Shown piece by piece: positions 50,518 to 64,000 of a DNA stretch of 64,000 bases (position 1 is the stretch's first letter; every line of letters starts with the position of its first letter). The translations under genes and the position numbers were made by a program. This stretch comes from Lytechinus pictus. Taxonomy: Eukaryota. The notes beneath the pieces were generated by a model that searched no databases, was not told the origin of the DNA, and was given only the letters and a program-made list of their open reading frames with translations. The stretch covers positions 8,496,001-8,560,000 of the forward strand of contig NC_087245.1 of NCBI RefSeq assembly GCF_037042905.1, given 5' to 3'.

Positions 50518-51334
50518 CTATAGGGGAATAGAGTATCCAAAAGAACAATCATCAATAGAAGGAATATGGCAAAATGTTTTAGATGATTAATTGCTTACAG
50601 AACATTTCATTTTAGGTACAAAGGCACATAGACAAAAGCCTGGGCCTCGTCTTACAAAGAGTTGTGATTGACCTGATTCACCACAACTATGAAAAGCCAA
50701 CAACGCAAATATATAAAATGTGTGTTTGCTCCAAATGTTGTCAAGGTATGATGTATACCCACACATTTATTGTTGTCTTTACAATCCAGTGTGCTCCTCT
50801 TTAATTAAAAAAATACAGTGTGTAAATTTTCTTTAAAAAAGTTATATTGATGGATTTCCATATAGTTGAGATTGATCACATCAATCACAACTCTTTGTAT
50901 TAAAAAGAACCCTGTAGTATGTTTTGGTAATTTTAAAGTTTATTAATTTTCAAATATTTAAAGTCATTGTCAGAAAATATCAAAGAGGATATCACAAAAC
51001 ATATGATATGTGAACAATGTGGTAAAATACTTCATATTTCTGGGTGAAAAATCTTATAAAAAAATCTTAATTAAAAAAAGTCAGGATCCAAACAAATATC
51101 AAAACGAATTCATTTTTTTATGTTTTATAAAATAACTATTCAAGCATGGAAAAAACAAAATTTTCAAGATGCAGTCTTTGCATGATTTTTTTTTTAGGGG
51201 GGGGGGGTAATCAGTCAATAATTTCATGCGAGTGTTTGTAGTGCTTTTTTATTAAAGAAAAAAGACATAACAAAAAGAGGATGCTAATTGTGATTATGGG
51301 GGAAATTACATTTTTTAAAGATTCAGCCAATTAA

Positions 51335-51926
51335 AGGGGAATCCAGCCTTGGCCATAAATGGTTGTGTTGGGGAGGAGAAAAATAAATTAAACAGAATGG
51401 CGAAAGTTTGAAAGAAATCGGACAAGCAATAAGAAAGTTATAGCTGCTTTAAAATTGAGATCACTAATAGTATGTAGATTTCAAATTGGCAACTGGGTAA
51501 GTAAATTATGACAAGGGGCAAGGGCAACTTTCACATAGGCCATGTACTTTATTATCAGGGATTTGTGGTTTTCTCCTAAGTACCCATTCCACTGGGGCAG
51601 TAATCTTAATATAATCCAGGTAGTATATTGTTTTATGTCCTCATGAAAGAAAAATATAATTTGAAATAAAACTTTTGAGAAAAATGACATTTTAGCCAAA
51701 TGTATTGGAGTACATGGAAGAGTAGTCCTTGCCTTACATCACTATGACATCCCATATGCGGCCAATCTGAAGTCTCCATGGGTATAGTGATTACCAATAT
51801 TTACAACTTTTAAAAATTCATAACTTTCTTGTTGTTTGTCAAATAGTGTTCAAACTTTCACCTATCAACTTGTCTGATTTTTCTTTTTCATATAAAAACA
51901 AGTTTTTATTTGGGTTGGATTCCCCT
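51335..51926. mobile_element. TTAA-targeting MITE (Kolobok-like), second family
   Basis: TTAA|AGGGGAATCCAGCC...GGTTGGATTCCCCT|TTAA. Confidence 0.75.
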
Positions 51927-52375
51927 TTAACAGTCACTGCACATTAGTGAGACTGGGAGTTCAATCAAATTCACATATTTGAATCTTTACCGATTAAAGG
52001 CTTCAGAAATGCTTAATAGCATTTAACAAATCAAATGGTTCATTTCAAATTTTTAATGGGAATGGGTGTTTCACAACACAAGTTTAGTTGGACATGCACA
52101 AGAGTCAATAAGAACATTCATCCTAAAGAGACTCCTGAATACAATTAGTTTATATCCGTTGAACATTATCTGACAAATGTGGTGATGTCACATATGCTGC
52201 AGGTAACAACTTGTAAATGAACTTGAGTGTTTGTATAATCTCTGTGACACCCCTTTCTATGTCTTGACATGAATTTGTGTCACTTGAAAAAGGTCTGTAC
52301 CATCTGTATCGTTGCTACTAATAATTATGTTAGTTTTACTTCTTCTTCGTATTATTTGAACAAATGATAACTTAC

Positions 52376-52447
52376 TTGTCCATTCTTGAGATATAGCTTG
52401 TGTAAGATTTCAACTCGCCCAGCTTTCACATATGCTCTCTTTGATTC
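52376..52447 (-). CDS. NAPRT: NAPRT exon
   Basis: ESKRAYVKAGRVEILHKLYLKNGQ; ag/gt, phase 0. Confidence 0.9.
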
Positions 52448-53516
52448 CTGGTGGAAAAATATATTTACAAAAAAATAGAACTAAAACTATGTGTATAGGG
52501 CTCCATGGTGTACACAAGAAGTTCTTTAGATCTTGCTGTACTATTTCTGTCATCTGCATACATGCAAAGATTCTACATACAATCGTACAGTCTTATGAGT
52601 TTTGCAGTAGCCAAATACAGAACTTCTGAAGCTCTCATGTGCAGTGAAGGTCTGCTGCCACTTCATAGTGGAGAATCACAGAGTTACAAGCCACACATCT
52701 CTCAAATATATTCAACAATTACTATTCAAAATAAACCTAAATTATATGTGGAGTCTTAACTTTTTTCTGTGAACCATGTCAGGATAATAACCCAATATCC
52801 ATTTGTATAATAATGAAAACCAGGTGAATGTTTTATAAAGTAGTTCGTAAGTTTAAAAACGACTTTAAGAACGACTGGTGAACCTTTCTTACGTGCTAAA
52901 TATTAACCAATGAACATTTAATGGTGATAATCATTTACCACAAGGAACAAGAGTCGTTCTTAAAGTCACTCTTAACTTACAAACAGCTTTTTGAAACACC
53001 CACCAGATTTGGTATAGTACTAATGAGAGAAATTGCAATTTCATCGCCAAGATGGACCATGGCGATCTAATTCCAGATTGCCAAAATTTCAATTTGTTTT
53101 CAATGATCAGACAAATCAAATTCTAAACAAAATTTTTAATTTTCTCCTGACTGAAATGGTTTACATAATTTGTATTATTTCCTAAGCTGTGTAGTTGGCA
53201 AATGTAGCTACACTTGTTGTCTGTGTTAATGCACCTGTGATTGTGTGTGCATAGCATCAGATTCATACTCTGTATATGACTATTCTTTCTCCTGTTTTTC
53301 CTTCTCATGTTCAATCGATTGTAAAGTGATGAACAACATTTTACACAGCTCTAGGTACAATCAATAGATAATGTTAAGTTCGAAGTCACCAAAGGTTGAC
53401 ATGATTATCAATTCTATGTAACCTTCTCAGAGAGAGCAGTTAAAGTAGTAACTAGATTGACAATACGTTTATTGAAATGTGAAAGATAAATAAACATGCA
53501 TGATGAATGAATTTAC

Positions 53517-53602
53517 CTCAAAAGGATGCCTACACAGAACTCGTTCCATTGGTTTAGGGGGTTCCTCATCCACCTGCTGCATTAAATCAATCAATGCATG
53601 AC
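53517..53602 (-). CDS. NAPRT: NAPRT exon
   Basis: (G)HALIDLMQQVDEEPPKPMERVLCRHPFE; phases match. Confidence 0.92.
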
Positions 53603-53629
53603 CTGATAAAAACAAACGAAAAGAGTTGG

Positions 53630-53885
53630 ATAATAATAATAATAGCTGGATTTATAAAGCAATTTTTGCCTGAGGATACAAAGCGCTGCTATTATTCCCC
53701 CGAGCTACCATCACCGGTGCATTCAAGGAATTAATCCTGCCGGGTACCCATTTACCTCACCTGGGTCGAGTGCAGCACAGTATGGATACATTTCTTGCTG
53801 AAGGAAAACACGGCATGGCTTGGATTCGACTCCACGACCCTGTTTGAAAGGCGAGAGTCAGAACCACTAGACCATGATGGGCCCA
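53630..53885 (-). mobile_element. tRNA-derived SINE with (ATT)n tail
   Basis: Head TGGTCTAGTGG...GAGTCGAATCC on the minus strand; (AAT)n at the left end; homologous to 31590-31870. Confidence 0.75.
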
Positions 53886-54087
53886 CACATGGATATACAG
53901 AAATGAAGATAAAATGCATATTAAAAAGCAGAATGTGTATATTTTCATATGTGTATCTCCACACTCAGATCCATGTGCTAGAAAAAATCTCAAGTCATAA
54001 GTGCCATATTAATTTGGGTGATGATGTTGTCCTGTCCTGTCTTCTATATTCACCCTGTCCCACTCCCATTTCTTTCACTCTTCTCTC

Positions 54088-54298
54088 TTCGCCTTCCCGC
54101 ACAAAGGCTGTTAGTGTCGCCTTCCTGTGAAAGGGCCGTTAGCATGGAGTGCGCGTCGCCTCCCCGCACAAAGACAGTTAGCGCGTACTGTTCACTGCAT
54201 GATAACGGCCCTTCCGCGGGATGGCAACGTGCAGTGCGCGCTAAAGGCCTTTGCGCGGGAAAGCGATGCTAAAGGCCTTTGTGCGGGAAGGCGACGGT
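54088..54298. repeat. Fold-back element with internal CTTCCCGCACAAAGGC repeats
   Basis: TCGCCTTCCCGCACAAAGGC at the left, GCCTTTGTGCGGGAAGGCGA at the right. Confidence 0.65.
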
Positions 54299-54656
54299 AT
54301 ATACAGAATCAGAAACTTGTTGGACAACTGAAATTTGTGAGACTTTACCAGAGGTAAAGAACATAAGACTGTCCAATCTGACCTGAATAAAAGAATGATT
54401 TGAGTTGGGATAAATAGAATTCTACGGGTTGATTTTTCAAGTCTCAACTCATCCTATCAATATGCCAGCATTCAGCCTTCCTATATAATAGAATCAATTT
54501 ATATGTGTTCTGCATTCTTTTCAGGCATGATGAAATTATTTTTGCATGATAGAACTTTGTGAAAAAGGGAAAACATGGCAAGGTGTGACTTACATACCCT
54601 TTTGTACCTGAATGCACGAACTAAATGGACTATTCATAAAGAGTAATAATGCTCAC

Positions 54657-54759
54657 CTTCACTACTAAACAGTCTGTAGACAACCTTGCGACCTGGGATG
54701 GTGACCTTTGACACGTCTTGGCTCAGTTTGATTCTCGGAACTCCATTGATTTGTACAAG
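54657..54759 (-). CDS. NAPRT: NAPRT exon
   Basis: [45 protein letters not shown] motif. Confidence 0.93.
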
Positions 54760-55503
54760 CTATAGAGCAGAGAGGATTGAAGGTCATTGGTTATACATGT
54801 ATTGCATCAAGTACATTTTTCAAAACTTTAATTTACAATAGCGGATGTTTCAAACCTATCAAGCAAACCAAATGGTTTTTATCAGAGAAAAAAATATATA
54901 ATTTTGATACAAGCACATGTTTGGGCATGCTATTCATATTACTTTTCCGTATAATCTTACACTGTTTTGTATTGTTTTACACACATTACTTTATATGGTT
55001 ATTGTTTCACCCAAATTTCTATTTCCTGTAGCGCCACTTATTAATTTAATTTCAGTGGTTTTTATCAGTGAATAAATTATGCCATTTTGAGTTTATATCT
55101 ATATTTTTTTGCTGTGATAACTTTAACATTTTAGTTATTTTCATGTTATCAATTTATGTAAAAATACTTATTTGTATTACTAAGCATTGCCTAGATAACG
55201 ACTCAGAATTTCATTTTATTTACATGTATGATATATCATATTGATGTAATTTGTTGTAATCAGGATTTTGTTCTCATCAGGTCATTAAGGAGGCTTTTTA
55301 CTGATCTTTTTTACCTGAATAAATACATTCTATAAAAAAAAAATGTGTTTGACTTTTAATGATGATGCAAATAAATATAATTTCATACAATATATTGTCT
55401 CATCTTCCACATAATCTTAAATGCTTGAATTTCTTAAATATGTGAAGTTGACAAAAAGTACCCATAAAATGCTTATTTGAGCACCTACAATAAAAAGGCT
55501 CAC

Positions 55504-55584
55504 CTTACAAACTCCACCAAGGTTGGGTTGCTTTTGGCAGGTAACTAGATGGGTGCCAATACCGTATGCATCAATACCATGACC
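55504..55584 (-). CDS. NAPRT: NAPRT exon (most 5' one found in the window)
   Basis: [27 protein letters not shown]; conserved GIGT..VT motif. Upstream exons were not recognised within the window. Confidence 0.93.
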
Positions 55585-58500
55585 CTGAATGAGTTCAAAT
55601 ATGTTGGATTTCACAAGGGATGGTAACAAAAGGATAATGGAATAAAGAAGTTTGGAAATGATGAAGGGAGAAAAACAAGACAAATGAAAGGAAGAGAGAA
55701 ATGGAATAAAAAATATAGGAAAGAGAACAACAGAGATAAGAGAGAAAGGGGAGATGGAGAAGAGACGAGCAAGAGAGATGGGGGAAGATGAGGGGGATAA
55801 AAGGGCAAGATGGAAATTGAGAGTGACAGGAAAATGGAGAAAAGGGAAGAAAATAGGAATTTAAAAAAAGAGATAGAGAAATTTGAGTACAGAAAAGGCA
55901 AAATGGTAAGGAGAAACAAGGACAAAGAGATAAATATTTTTTTACATTGCCAAAGGAAGGGAAAGGAAGAATGAAAGAAAATATATATAAAGATTTTTTC
56001 TGAATCCTTCTAAAATTACACTGATTCAAAGTTGAAAGATCTTGGTTTTGGCAAGAGAACACCTCAAATATTTCAATACTTAAAATATTAAACTCTAGCC
56101 ATAACAATTAATAGAAAGCAACATTTTGAATATTCACTTATTAGTAATATACTGAATTTTTCCCATTGATTTTTCATTCAGGATATTGTTCACGTTCTCA
56201 CAAAGTAAACTAATATTTGGAAAAGAGAAAAATGTAAGAAAATATAATACATGATTGGACTGGCATAGATAAAGAGATTCATCATGACAAATGTAGAATA
56301 TAAGTTTTATACTGTCACAGGGCATCTACACATTCACAAGAGGAATAAGAAGAATTATTTGAAAATTGGCAGGTGCTGCTGAATACATTACAAGTAACCT
56401 GTAGCAAAATTTAAACAACAAAACTATTTCTTTATTCATCATTTTCACCTTATGTTTATATTAAGGTTATTTCTCTCTTGTGAAGAGTCACCCACATACA
56501 TACAGTATGTGCAACTGCAAGTATGAGATGAGCAGCAACATAAATATGAATGTTTTTGTCAATAAGTTGATTCCAACCTTGAGAACAGAGTTTTTGAATT
56601 CATACAATTTCAATATCATATATTCTGCATGAAACTTTATTATAATTCAACTAGAAAACCTTGGATTTTCATAGTGCATGTAAAAACTAGCTTCTTTTTC
56701 AAATATCAAACTATTTAGGTTTTGGTTAATTCACATACTGTATCTCATCTACAATTATTTAGAGCCAAAACAATCAATCATACCATGAAGTGTATTGAAA
56801 TTAATAAATATTCATGAAGAAAAAATTGAAACTTATATTCAGGCATCAATAATGCATAAATACTACATTTTGCATTGCAAAATGCGTGTAAATTTTGAAA
56901 GGAGTATCTAGTCAATATTGAAATGAGTAAAAGCAAAAACAAAAATAAATGATGTTTGGTACCACGAAATAAAGAATATGGCACTCCGTAAAGGTAAGGT
57001 AAAATTGTTTTGATTAGCGTTTATCACGGACAGACACAAGAATAAAAAGACTGGCACTGAACCTTGGTTTACCATTACATATATACCTTGTGAAGCTAAT
57101 CAGGGCCAGGCAGCATAAATGTTACTATTATACCATGGTAACTTTGCCTTCCAATGGTAACTACCATGGTAATACTCACAGCCAATCAAAAGCAAGGATT
57201 CCATGCAAATTTACCATTTGATGGCAAATTTAGCAAAACAGTAACCTTTATGCTTTAGCTCATTTCCATGCAAATTACCATTGGAGGGCAATGTTAATAA
57301 CTTGTACTACTTCATTATCACTTTCGTTTTTCTTCATTTGTTTTCCTTTCATCCTTGCATTTGCACTTGATGAAGGAAAAAGTCAAATAAATTCCATCAC
57401 ATCTTTTTTCTTCTTCATTTATTACATTTAAAAGTTTGAATTCCAATAGGGCATTAATTCTCTACCGATAAAAACTTATTTACTGTTGTGAAGAGTCTGG
57501 ACACTGTTTAAACTTCAAAAGTATTTATTTCTCTCCTTTTAAGGAAGGTATCCAACATAAATTAACATTCTTACGCAACTTACCATGTAAATGTATTTCA
57601 TAGGTTTTTGTTCTTAAGCTCACATACATGTGAACTAATGCCCCTTTTATAATTGAAATTGTCATTAGAAAGACGATAAAAATGAATGAAAGTATAAAAT
57701 AAGAGTTGAATCTGATATTTTACATACGTACATGTACACACAATTGGGTGCATTTAAATCCAAATAATTCCCATGCAAAATTATAGCATCATATGAAAAG
57801 AAATAAAATGCAACTCTAAATGATTATATATCAATAATATTCCTGATGATTAATGAATTGCAGTAATAAAAGTGCCGATGAAATTAAAGTGAATCACAAC
57901 AAATATTAATTATGTTTCATCTATTATTCTACAGCTGGATAAACTGGCATAATTAGTATATTAGAAATAAAATACACCTTGTTTGCATTGTATGAAATGT
58001 TTATCTTGGCTTTAACAATGACTAGCAAATTAATTTTAATAAATTAATATTACTTGTAAATTGTTTTATGAAGAGTGAAAGAGAAGCAATTAGATGAGCT
58101 CCCTATATTTGGTCATAGTCTAGTAGGGTGACCATACATGTACAGCAAGCATGGTATTAACCTTATTCTATTATCTCCTAATAACAGAGCGGATGCCCAA
58201 TTTAATAAAATAATGTCAAAGGTGGGAAACATTTAAGAAAAACATCTATTCACTTGACATGTATCTACAGGACATTACACAACACTTCTGGCAGTAAAGT
58301 TTCAAAAGATGGCACAATGATGCATCTTGCCAAGAAACAAGGGATTGAATAGTGATTTAGAAAAAATGCAGAGAGGCGACAGTATATGGCATCTATAAAG
58401 AAGTATACTGTAATCTAACTTGCCAACGATTTAAAAAGTATGGATGGTTGGTGTGATATGGTAACCAATAACCATTTGTCAAAAGAAGTTGTATTGATTA

Positions 58501-60150
58501 GGCAACCAAGGATTACATAGGGGAAAAATGAGATACTAGTATGTTATGATATATGGTGATGACATGCAAGGCACGGCAAAATACATTAATCTGAATGAAA
58601 ACATATCAAAAATTTGATCTTGCACTTAGAAAGACAGAGAAAGAAAAAAAAAGGAGGGGAGGAGGGGGCAGACTTTAACAATTAAGAGTAGTGCATTTAG
58701 CTTAATATTAGACACTTTTTATTGTACTCTCTGATTGTACAATAATTATCTTCAATTTGCCTTCAAACAAGAATATGTTGGATCATCCAATACCAATCTG
58801 ATGATATACAAGATGTTCTATTGTCACCAACTTAACCAATCAAAATAAATTCATTTGGTAAGTGTAACTTTAGAACTCTTTGAATAGTATTGTGGGGTTT
58901 CTTTAATTAGTCATTCATCAATTTTTCAGCATCTACAAGTTCAGAAGCATGACAGAGTCTTGAGAACAATTGATGTGGCTTTTAATAATAATTGCTTAAA
59001 AATTCTTGCATGGGCAAGTAGCTCTAAAGCATAGATTAGCAATACCGGTAATTTCACACACAAAAATAAATAAGATTCTACCCTGACATTTAAGCTTTAT
59101 CTTTTAGCTACATTGAAAAGCCAAATCTGAGTGAGTTTGGATGAATTGAAAGTCATACATTTTGAATAGTACATGTACATGTAGGACCCTGAATATTAGG
59201 TGGATGTACAATGTGGGAATTATGAGAGAAGAATGGGTGACATTATTGGCTAAAAAGGGAGAATAGAAATGACAAGGTGACATTAGTTGGAAGCATTGAG
59301 ATATTGACACACTCACCTTTGTTTTATTGGCAAGGATAGTTTGTGAGATCATCTGAGGAAACATGTGGACACATATGGTGCTTAGTATGGTATGAGTGGA
59401 TTAGTCAATTGCACACAACACTTTAAGAACCAACAAATTTTCAAAGGGGTGGGTCAAGGGTAATGATCTGATTTCTGGCTAGGATGAAAATATCTTTGAA
59501 ACAGATTATTGAAGATCAATTCTAATGATAAACAAACCTTAAGCCATACAATATGTGGATTCCATGGGCGTAAAGACATGTCCTACTATTCAAGTGGAGA
59601 GTGGGGGGGATTGCACAATAGTTCACCCCCCCCCCCCGAACAAAAGGTTTACTGCTTGAATTTATGCAAGCGGTGGATTCTGATAGTCAAGGAATAACTT
59701 TGGTTTGCCATTTGTTGCTAAAGCATATTGAAAGTAAGCATCGTTATTTCATCATTAACATGTACTTTGCTCTTAATGACCTTGTAGAACCTTCATTGTT
59801 GTCTTGCTGCAATGGGAACACCATTAACATATTGTTCATATTTTACAGGAATAACCATCAAACAATTTTGTTCAATAGAAAATGAAATTACCGGTAGATT
59901 CTTTATACACATGTAAATAACCTATGTTACAAACTTACATGCTACATGTAGGCTGACTAAAAAGCATTAAAGTTGTGCCACTACAATAAATAATTTCACA
60001 TAGAAATCCTTCACGTTTACAATTTCGTGGAGCTCAATAAATCGCTCTCCTTATTTTTTCGAGGAGCTCAATTGAGCTCCTCAGAATCGCTGGGTCATTA
60101 CGTTTACAAAATATCGCGCTCCTGCTTTAAAAAAAAAAAAAAACTTTACA

Positions 60151-62187
60151 AACAAGTGGAATGCCTCTGGCGGTCTCACCTGCATCACGCGATTCAATAT
60201 AGCAGCAGTGCTGACTTTGAAAAACTACTATAAAATAATTATTCAATACAATACTACGTTCATTGACATTTGACCTTGATCATGTGACCTAAAACTTGTC
60301 AGTGATACTTGATTACATTTACCCCTATATCCACATTTTATACACTATATCTATAAACTTTAAAAGTTATGACAGCAATCTAATAATTACCTCTAAAATG
60401 CCCAAAGTTCAATGACCTTTGACTTTGATCCTGTGAAACTCGCACAGGATGTTCAGTGATACTTGATTACTCTTATGTCCAAGTTTCTTGAGTCAGATCC
60501 ATAAACTTTCAAAGTTATGATGGTAATTCAACAGATACCCCCATTATGGCCAAATTTCATTGACCTTTGACCTTGGTCATGTGACCTGAAATGCGCACAG
60601 GATGTTCAGTGATACTTGATTACTCTTATGTCCAAGTTTTATGAACTAAATCTATATATTTTCTAAGTTATGATGACAATTCAAAAACTTAACCTTAGGT
60701 TAAGATTTTGATATTGATTCCCCCAACATGGTCTAAGTTCATTGACCCCAAATGACCTTTGACCTTGGTCATGAGACCTGAAACTCAGGCAGAATGTTCA
60801 GTAATACTTGATTAACCTTATGGCCAAGTTTCATGAACTAGGTCCATATACTTTCTATGTAATGCTGTCATTTCAAAAACTTAACCTTCGGTTAAGATTT
60901 GGTGTTGACGCCGCCGCCGTCGGAAAAGCGACGCCTATATCAATAAGTGGAATGCCTCTGGCGGTCTCACCTGCATCACACGATTCAATATAGCAGCAGT
61001 GCTGACTTTGAAAAACAAACTTTTAATGATTATTCACAAAAAACACCATTCATTGATACAATACTACATTCATTGACATTAGACCTTGATAATGTGACCT
61101 AAAACTTGTCAGTGATACTTGATTACCCCTACATGTATATCCACATTTTATACACTATATATCTATAAACTTTGAAAGTTATGACAGCAATCTAATAATT
61201 ATCTCTAAAATGGCCAATGACCTTAAATGACCTTTGACTTTGGTCATGTGACCTGAAACTCGCATGAGATGTTCAGTGATACTTGACGACTCTTATGCCC
61301 AATTTCTATGAACTAGACCAATATACTTAAAGAGTTATGATGGTAATTCAACAAATACCCCCAACATGGCCAATATCCACTGACCTTTAACCTTGGTCAT
61401 GTGACCTGAAACTCGCACAAGATGTTCAGTGATACTTGGTTATTCTTATGTCCACGTTTTATGATCTAGACCAATACACTTACAGAGATATGATGGTAAA
61501 ATTCAACAACAAAAAAACATGGCCAAAGTTCATTGACCTTACATGACCTTTGACCTTGATCATGTGACCTGAAACTCGCACAGGATGTTCAGTGATAATT
61601 GATTACTCTTATGTCCAAGTTTCATGAGTAAGATCCATAAACTTTCAACGTTAAGATGGTAATTCAACAGATACCCCCATTATGGCCAAAGTTCATTGAC
61701 CTTTGACCTAGGTCATGTGACCTGAAATGCGCACATGATGTTCAGTGATACTTGATTACTCTTATGTCCAAGTTTCATGAGTAAGATCCATAAACTTTCA
61801 AAGTTACATGTATGATGGTAATTCAACAGATACCCCCATTATGGCCAAAGTTCATTGACCTTTGACCTAGGTCATGTGACCTGAAATGCGCACATGATGT
61901 TCAGTAATACTTGATTACTCTTATGTCCAAGTTTCATGAGTAAGATCCATAAACTTTCAAAGTTATGATGGTAATTCAACAAATACCCCCAATTTGGCCA
62001 AAGTTCATTGACCCTAAATGACCTTTGACCTTAATCATGTGACGTTAAACTCATGCAAAAAGTTCAGTAATACTTGATTAACCTTATGGCCAAGTTTCAT
62101 GAACTAGGTCCATATACTTTCTAAGTTATGCTGTCATTTCAAAAACTTAACCTTTGGTTAAGATTTGGTGTTGACGCCGCCGCCGTC
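60151..62187 (-). mobile_element. Two head-to-tail HINE-like elements (~60151-60940, ~60941-62187) with expanded core arrays
   Basis: Each begins AA(C/T)AAGTGGAATGCCTCTGGCGGTCTCACCTGCATC and ends near GACGCCGCCGCCGTC on the plus strand. Confidence 0.75.
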
Positions 62188-64000
62188 TTTACATCTCTAA
62201 ATCCATGAAATGGCCATCTATTTTCCATAATTCCTTGAAATTAGTTTTATTTTAATAGTTGAAAGCTGTCAGGAAAAATGAAGAATATTCAGCTCTTTCT
62301 TGACTCTGATTGATGTTACAATCGGTAAATATTGTAGTCCCACATGTAGTCTTCCATGGTGTTGCAAACATTAACTGAAAACGATCGTTGATCGTTTTGA
62401 TCATTTTACACTTGGTCAACACCATGTAATAACCACATAATAATTACAAGCTTTAAAGTTAACTTTTATCATAAATTAAATACAGGTCAAATTATCACTA
62501 CATGTACAATAAATAGTATCCAAATAAATTACAATCTAACACTTCATTATTTCATTTGCCTGAAAGCAGACTGGAACAATCACAAATGTTAATATTTGAA
62601 TCAAATCGAATAATTACCAATAAGTTATACAAAATTCTTTTTAAAAAACTCCTTCTCATTGTTCCTTTCATTTAAATGTCCAACTCTGCTCTCCTAATAA
62701 GCAGCAGTAGCAGTAATTGTAGTTGTAGATGTACATAAAATTTTAATTTTTAAAAAGGAAGAAGACATTTTCCCTAATTGTGTGCAATAAAGAACTGAGC
62801 CCTATGGAAAATAGGCCTTGCCCTAGAAATATCAAAACTTAAGACCTGGGATGTGATTTGCTGTCTTATTCTCAGATTTCAGAAGCATTTAAAAATTTAT
62901 AATTGTCAACCATTTTTAATTGTACATAATCCAACCTTGTATCATGTGTATACGGTTGCAATAAAGATTGAATTGAATTGAAATAATTTCAAGAGTATTT
63001 CAAGGTTCAGCAAAGTGGTTATCTTCTTTCCACTGGAGCCCCCGTTTTCAACCCCCTTCTTATTTAGATTTGATTATCCACATGATAATTAACTATTTGA
63101 GACTTGATGAAAATTGAGCTGCATAGCCTTTAATAAGGGATATTTGTACATGTTCATGGCATTACAGAATTATGATACAATCCTGAAAATATAATGTCAG
63201 CATATCCTTAAAAAAACATGTACAATATGCTTCACTGAAAGTGATAAAAGAGAAGTGATGAGAAATACCAGAATATTATTTCCCACAAAGTATTCTTTTT
63301 AAACAGTTCACTTTCAGGATTTAAAAGAACAAAAATACCACAAATCATTTCCAATCCTGGATATCTATATATCATACAATCAACAGTTACATACTATGTT
63401 CATGTAACTTTTTTCCCTTTTGTCATGCTTAAGCTTTATTAAAGGTGAATGACATCAAGAACATTCTTATGAGGAAAATGCATATGCATGAGATTTTGCA
63501 TGTATCTAGAAATTTTGAGTTTGTATGAGCTTTTAAAAAATGTTATTTTCCTTTTTTTTCTCACTATACAATCATTCTTACAAGTTTAAAAATCCTATTT
63601 CTCAGGGAAAATCCTATATAGTGTCATTTTCCCCTTGAAAAACCTGTTAAATAGAATTAAAACCTACTTATTGGCAGCTGTGTTTATATTAACATAACCA
63701 CACATTTCTTCCGAATGGAATTGCTGAGATGAAACAAAGGAGAAGAAATGTTCAGAATATACCCATCACATATGTGAGTTTATCTACAGATAATGAAATG
63801 CAACCTGCATGAAAAATATGCTGAAAATATGAGGCTGAATACTTATCTAGAACTATAGATTTATATATTCTAGGTGGATATTAAATAGCTCTCTTGTTAG
63901 TTATTCCCCTATTAAACATCTTTACAGTATAATTTCTGCTCAGTTAGTAAAAAATGATATAGTATCGACAAATACATGTACATACCAGATTTTATTTTCT

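Noticed and set aside
53815..53885. tRNA gene calls for SINE heads (also ~31800-31870)
   Set aside because: Acceptor and anticodon stems do not pair, and the sequence continues into a SINE body and tail.
55585..64000. Further upstream NAPRT exons
   Set aside because: No segment with the expected ASND-type motif and matching splice sites was recognised; they probably lie beyond the window, though a small exon could have been missed.

Overview
AT-rich, intron- and transposon-rich animal DNA. The gene and repeat types suggest an echinoderm such as a sea urchin, but this is inference. Host genes that can be reconstructed: a 5'-truncated class A GPCR (2..877, +); a 3-exon KCTD/BTB gene (12387..3863, -); a 6-exon pyrroline-5-carboxylate reductase, PYCR3-like (21543..35641, +); and the last six coding exons of NAPRT (55584..48820, -). 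The rest is mostly mobile DNA: a decayed Sleeping Beauty-like Tc1 element with a triplicated 559-bp core, a decayed hAT transposase gene, hAT/Kolobok/Harbinger/pogo-type MITEs, Helentron-like elements with internal satellite arrays, SINEs and an L2/CR1 3' end. The most unusual feature is in KCTD intron 1. It is a ~419-bp retroposed repeat unit carrying a fully base-paired 72-nt tRNA with a UCA (UGA-reading) anticodon and an oligo-T Pol III terminator. It occurs in tandem and inverted copies with (TA)n ends and a 13-bp target-site duplication, next to minimal hammerhead ribozymes of the Penelope-like type. Also notable are many TACATGTA motifs, several of them CATGTA insertions at a TA relative to sister copies, and the PYCR3-NAPRT linkage that also exists in human 8q24.3.
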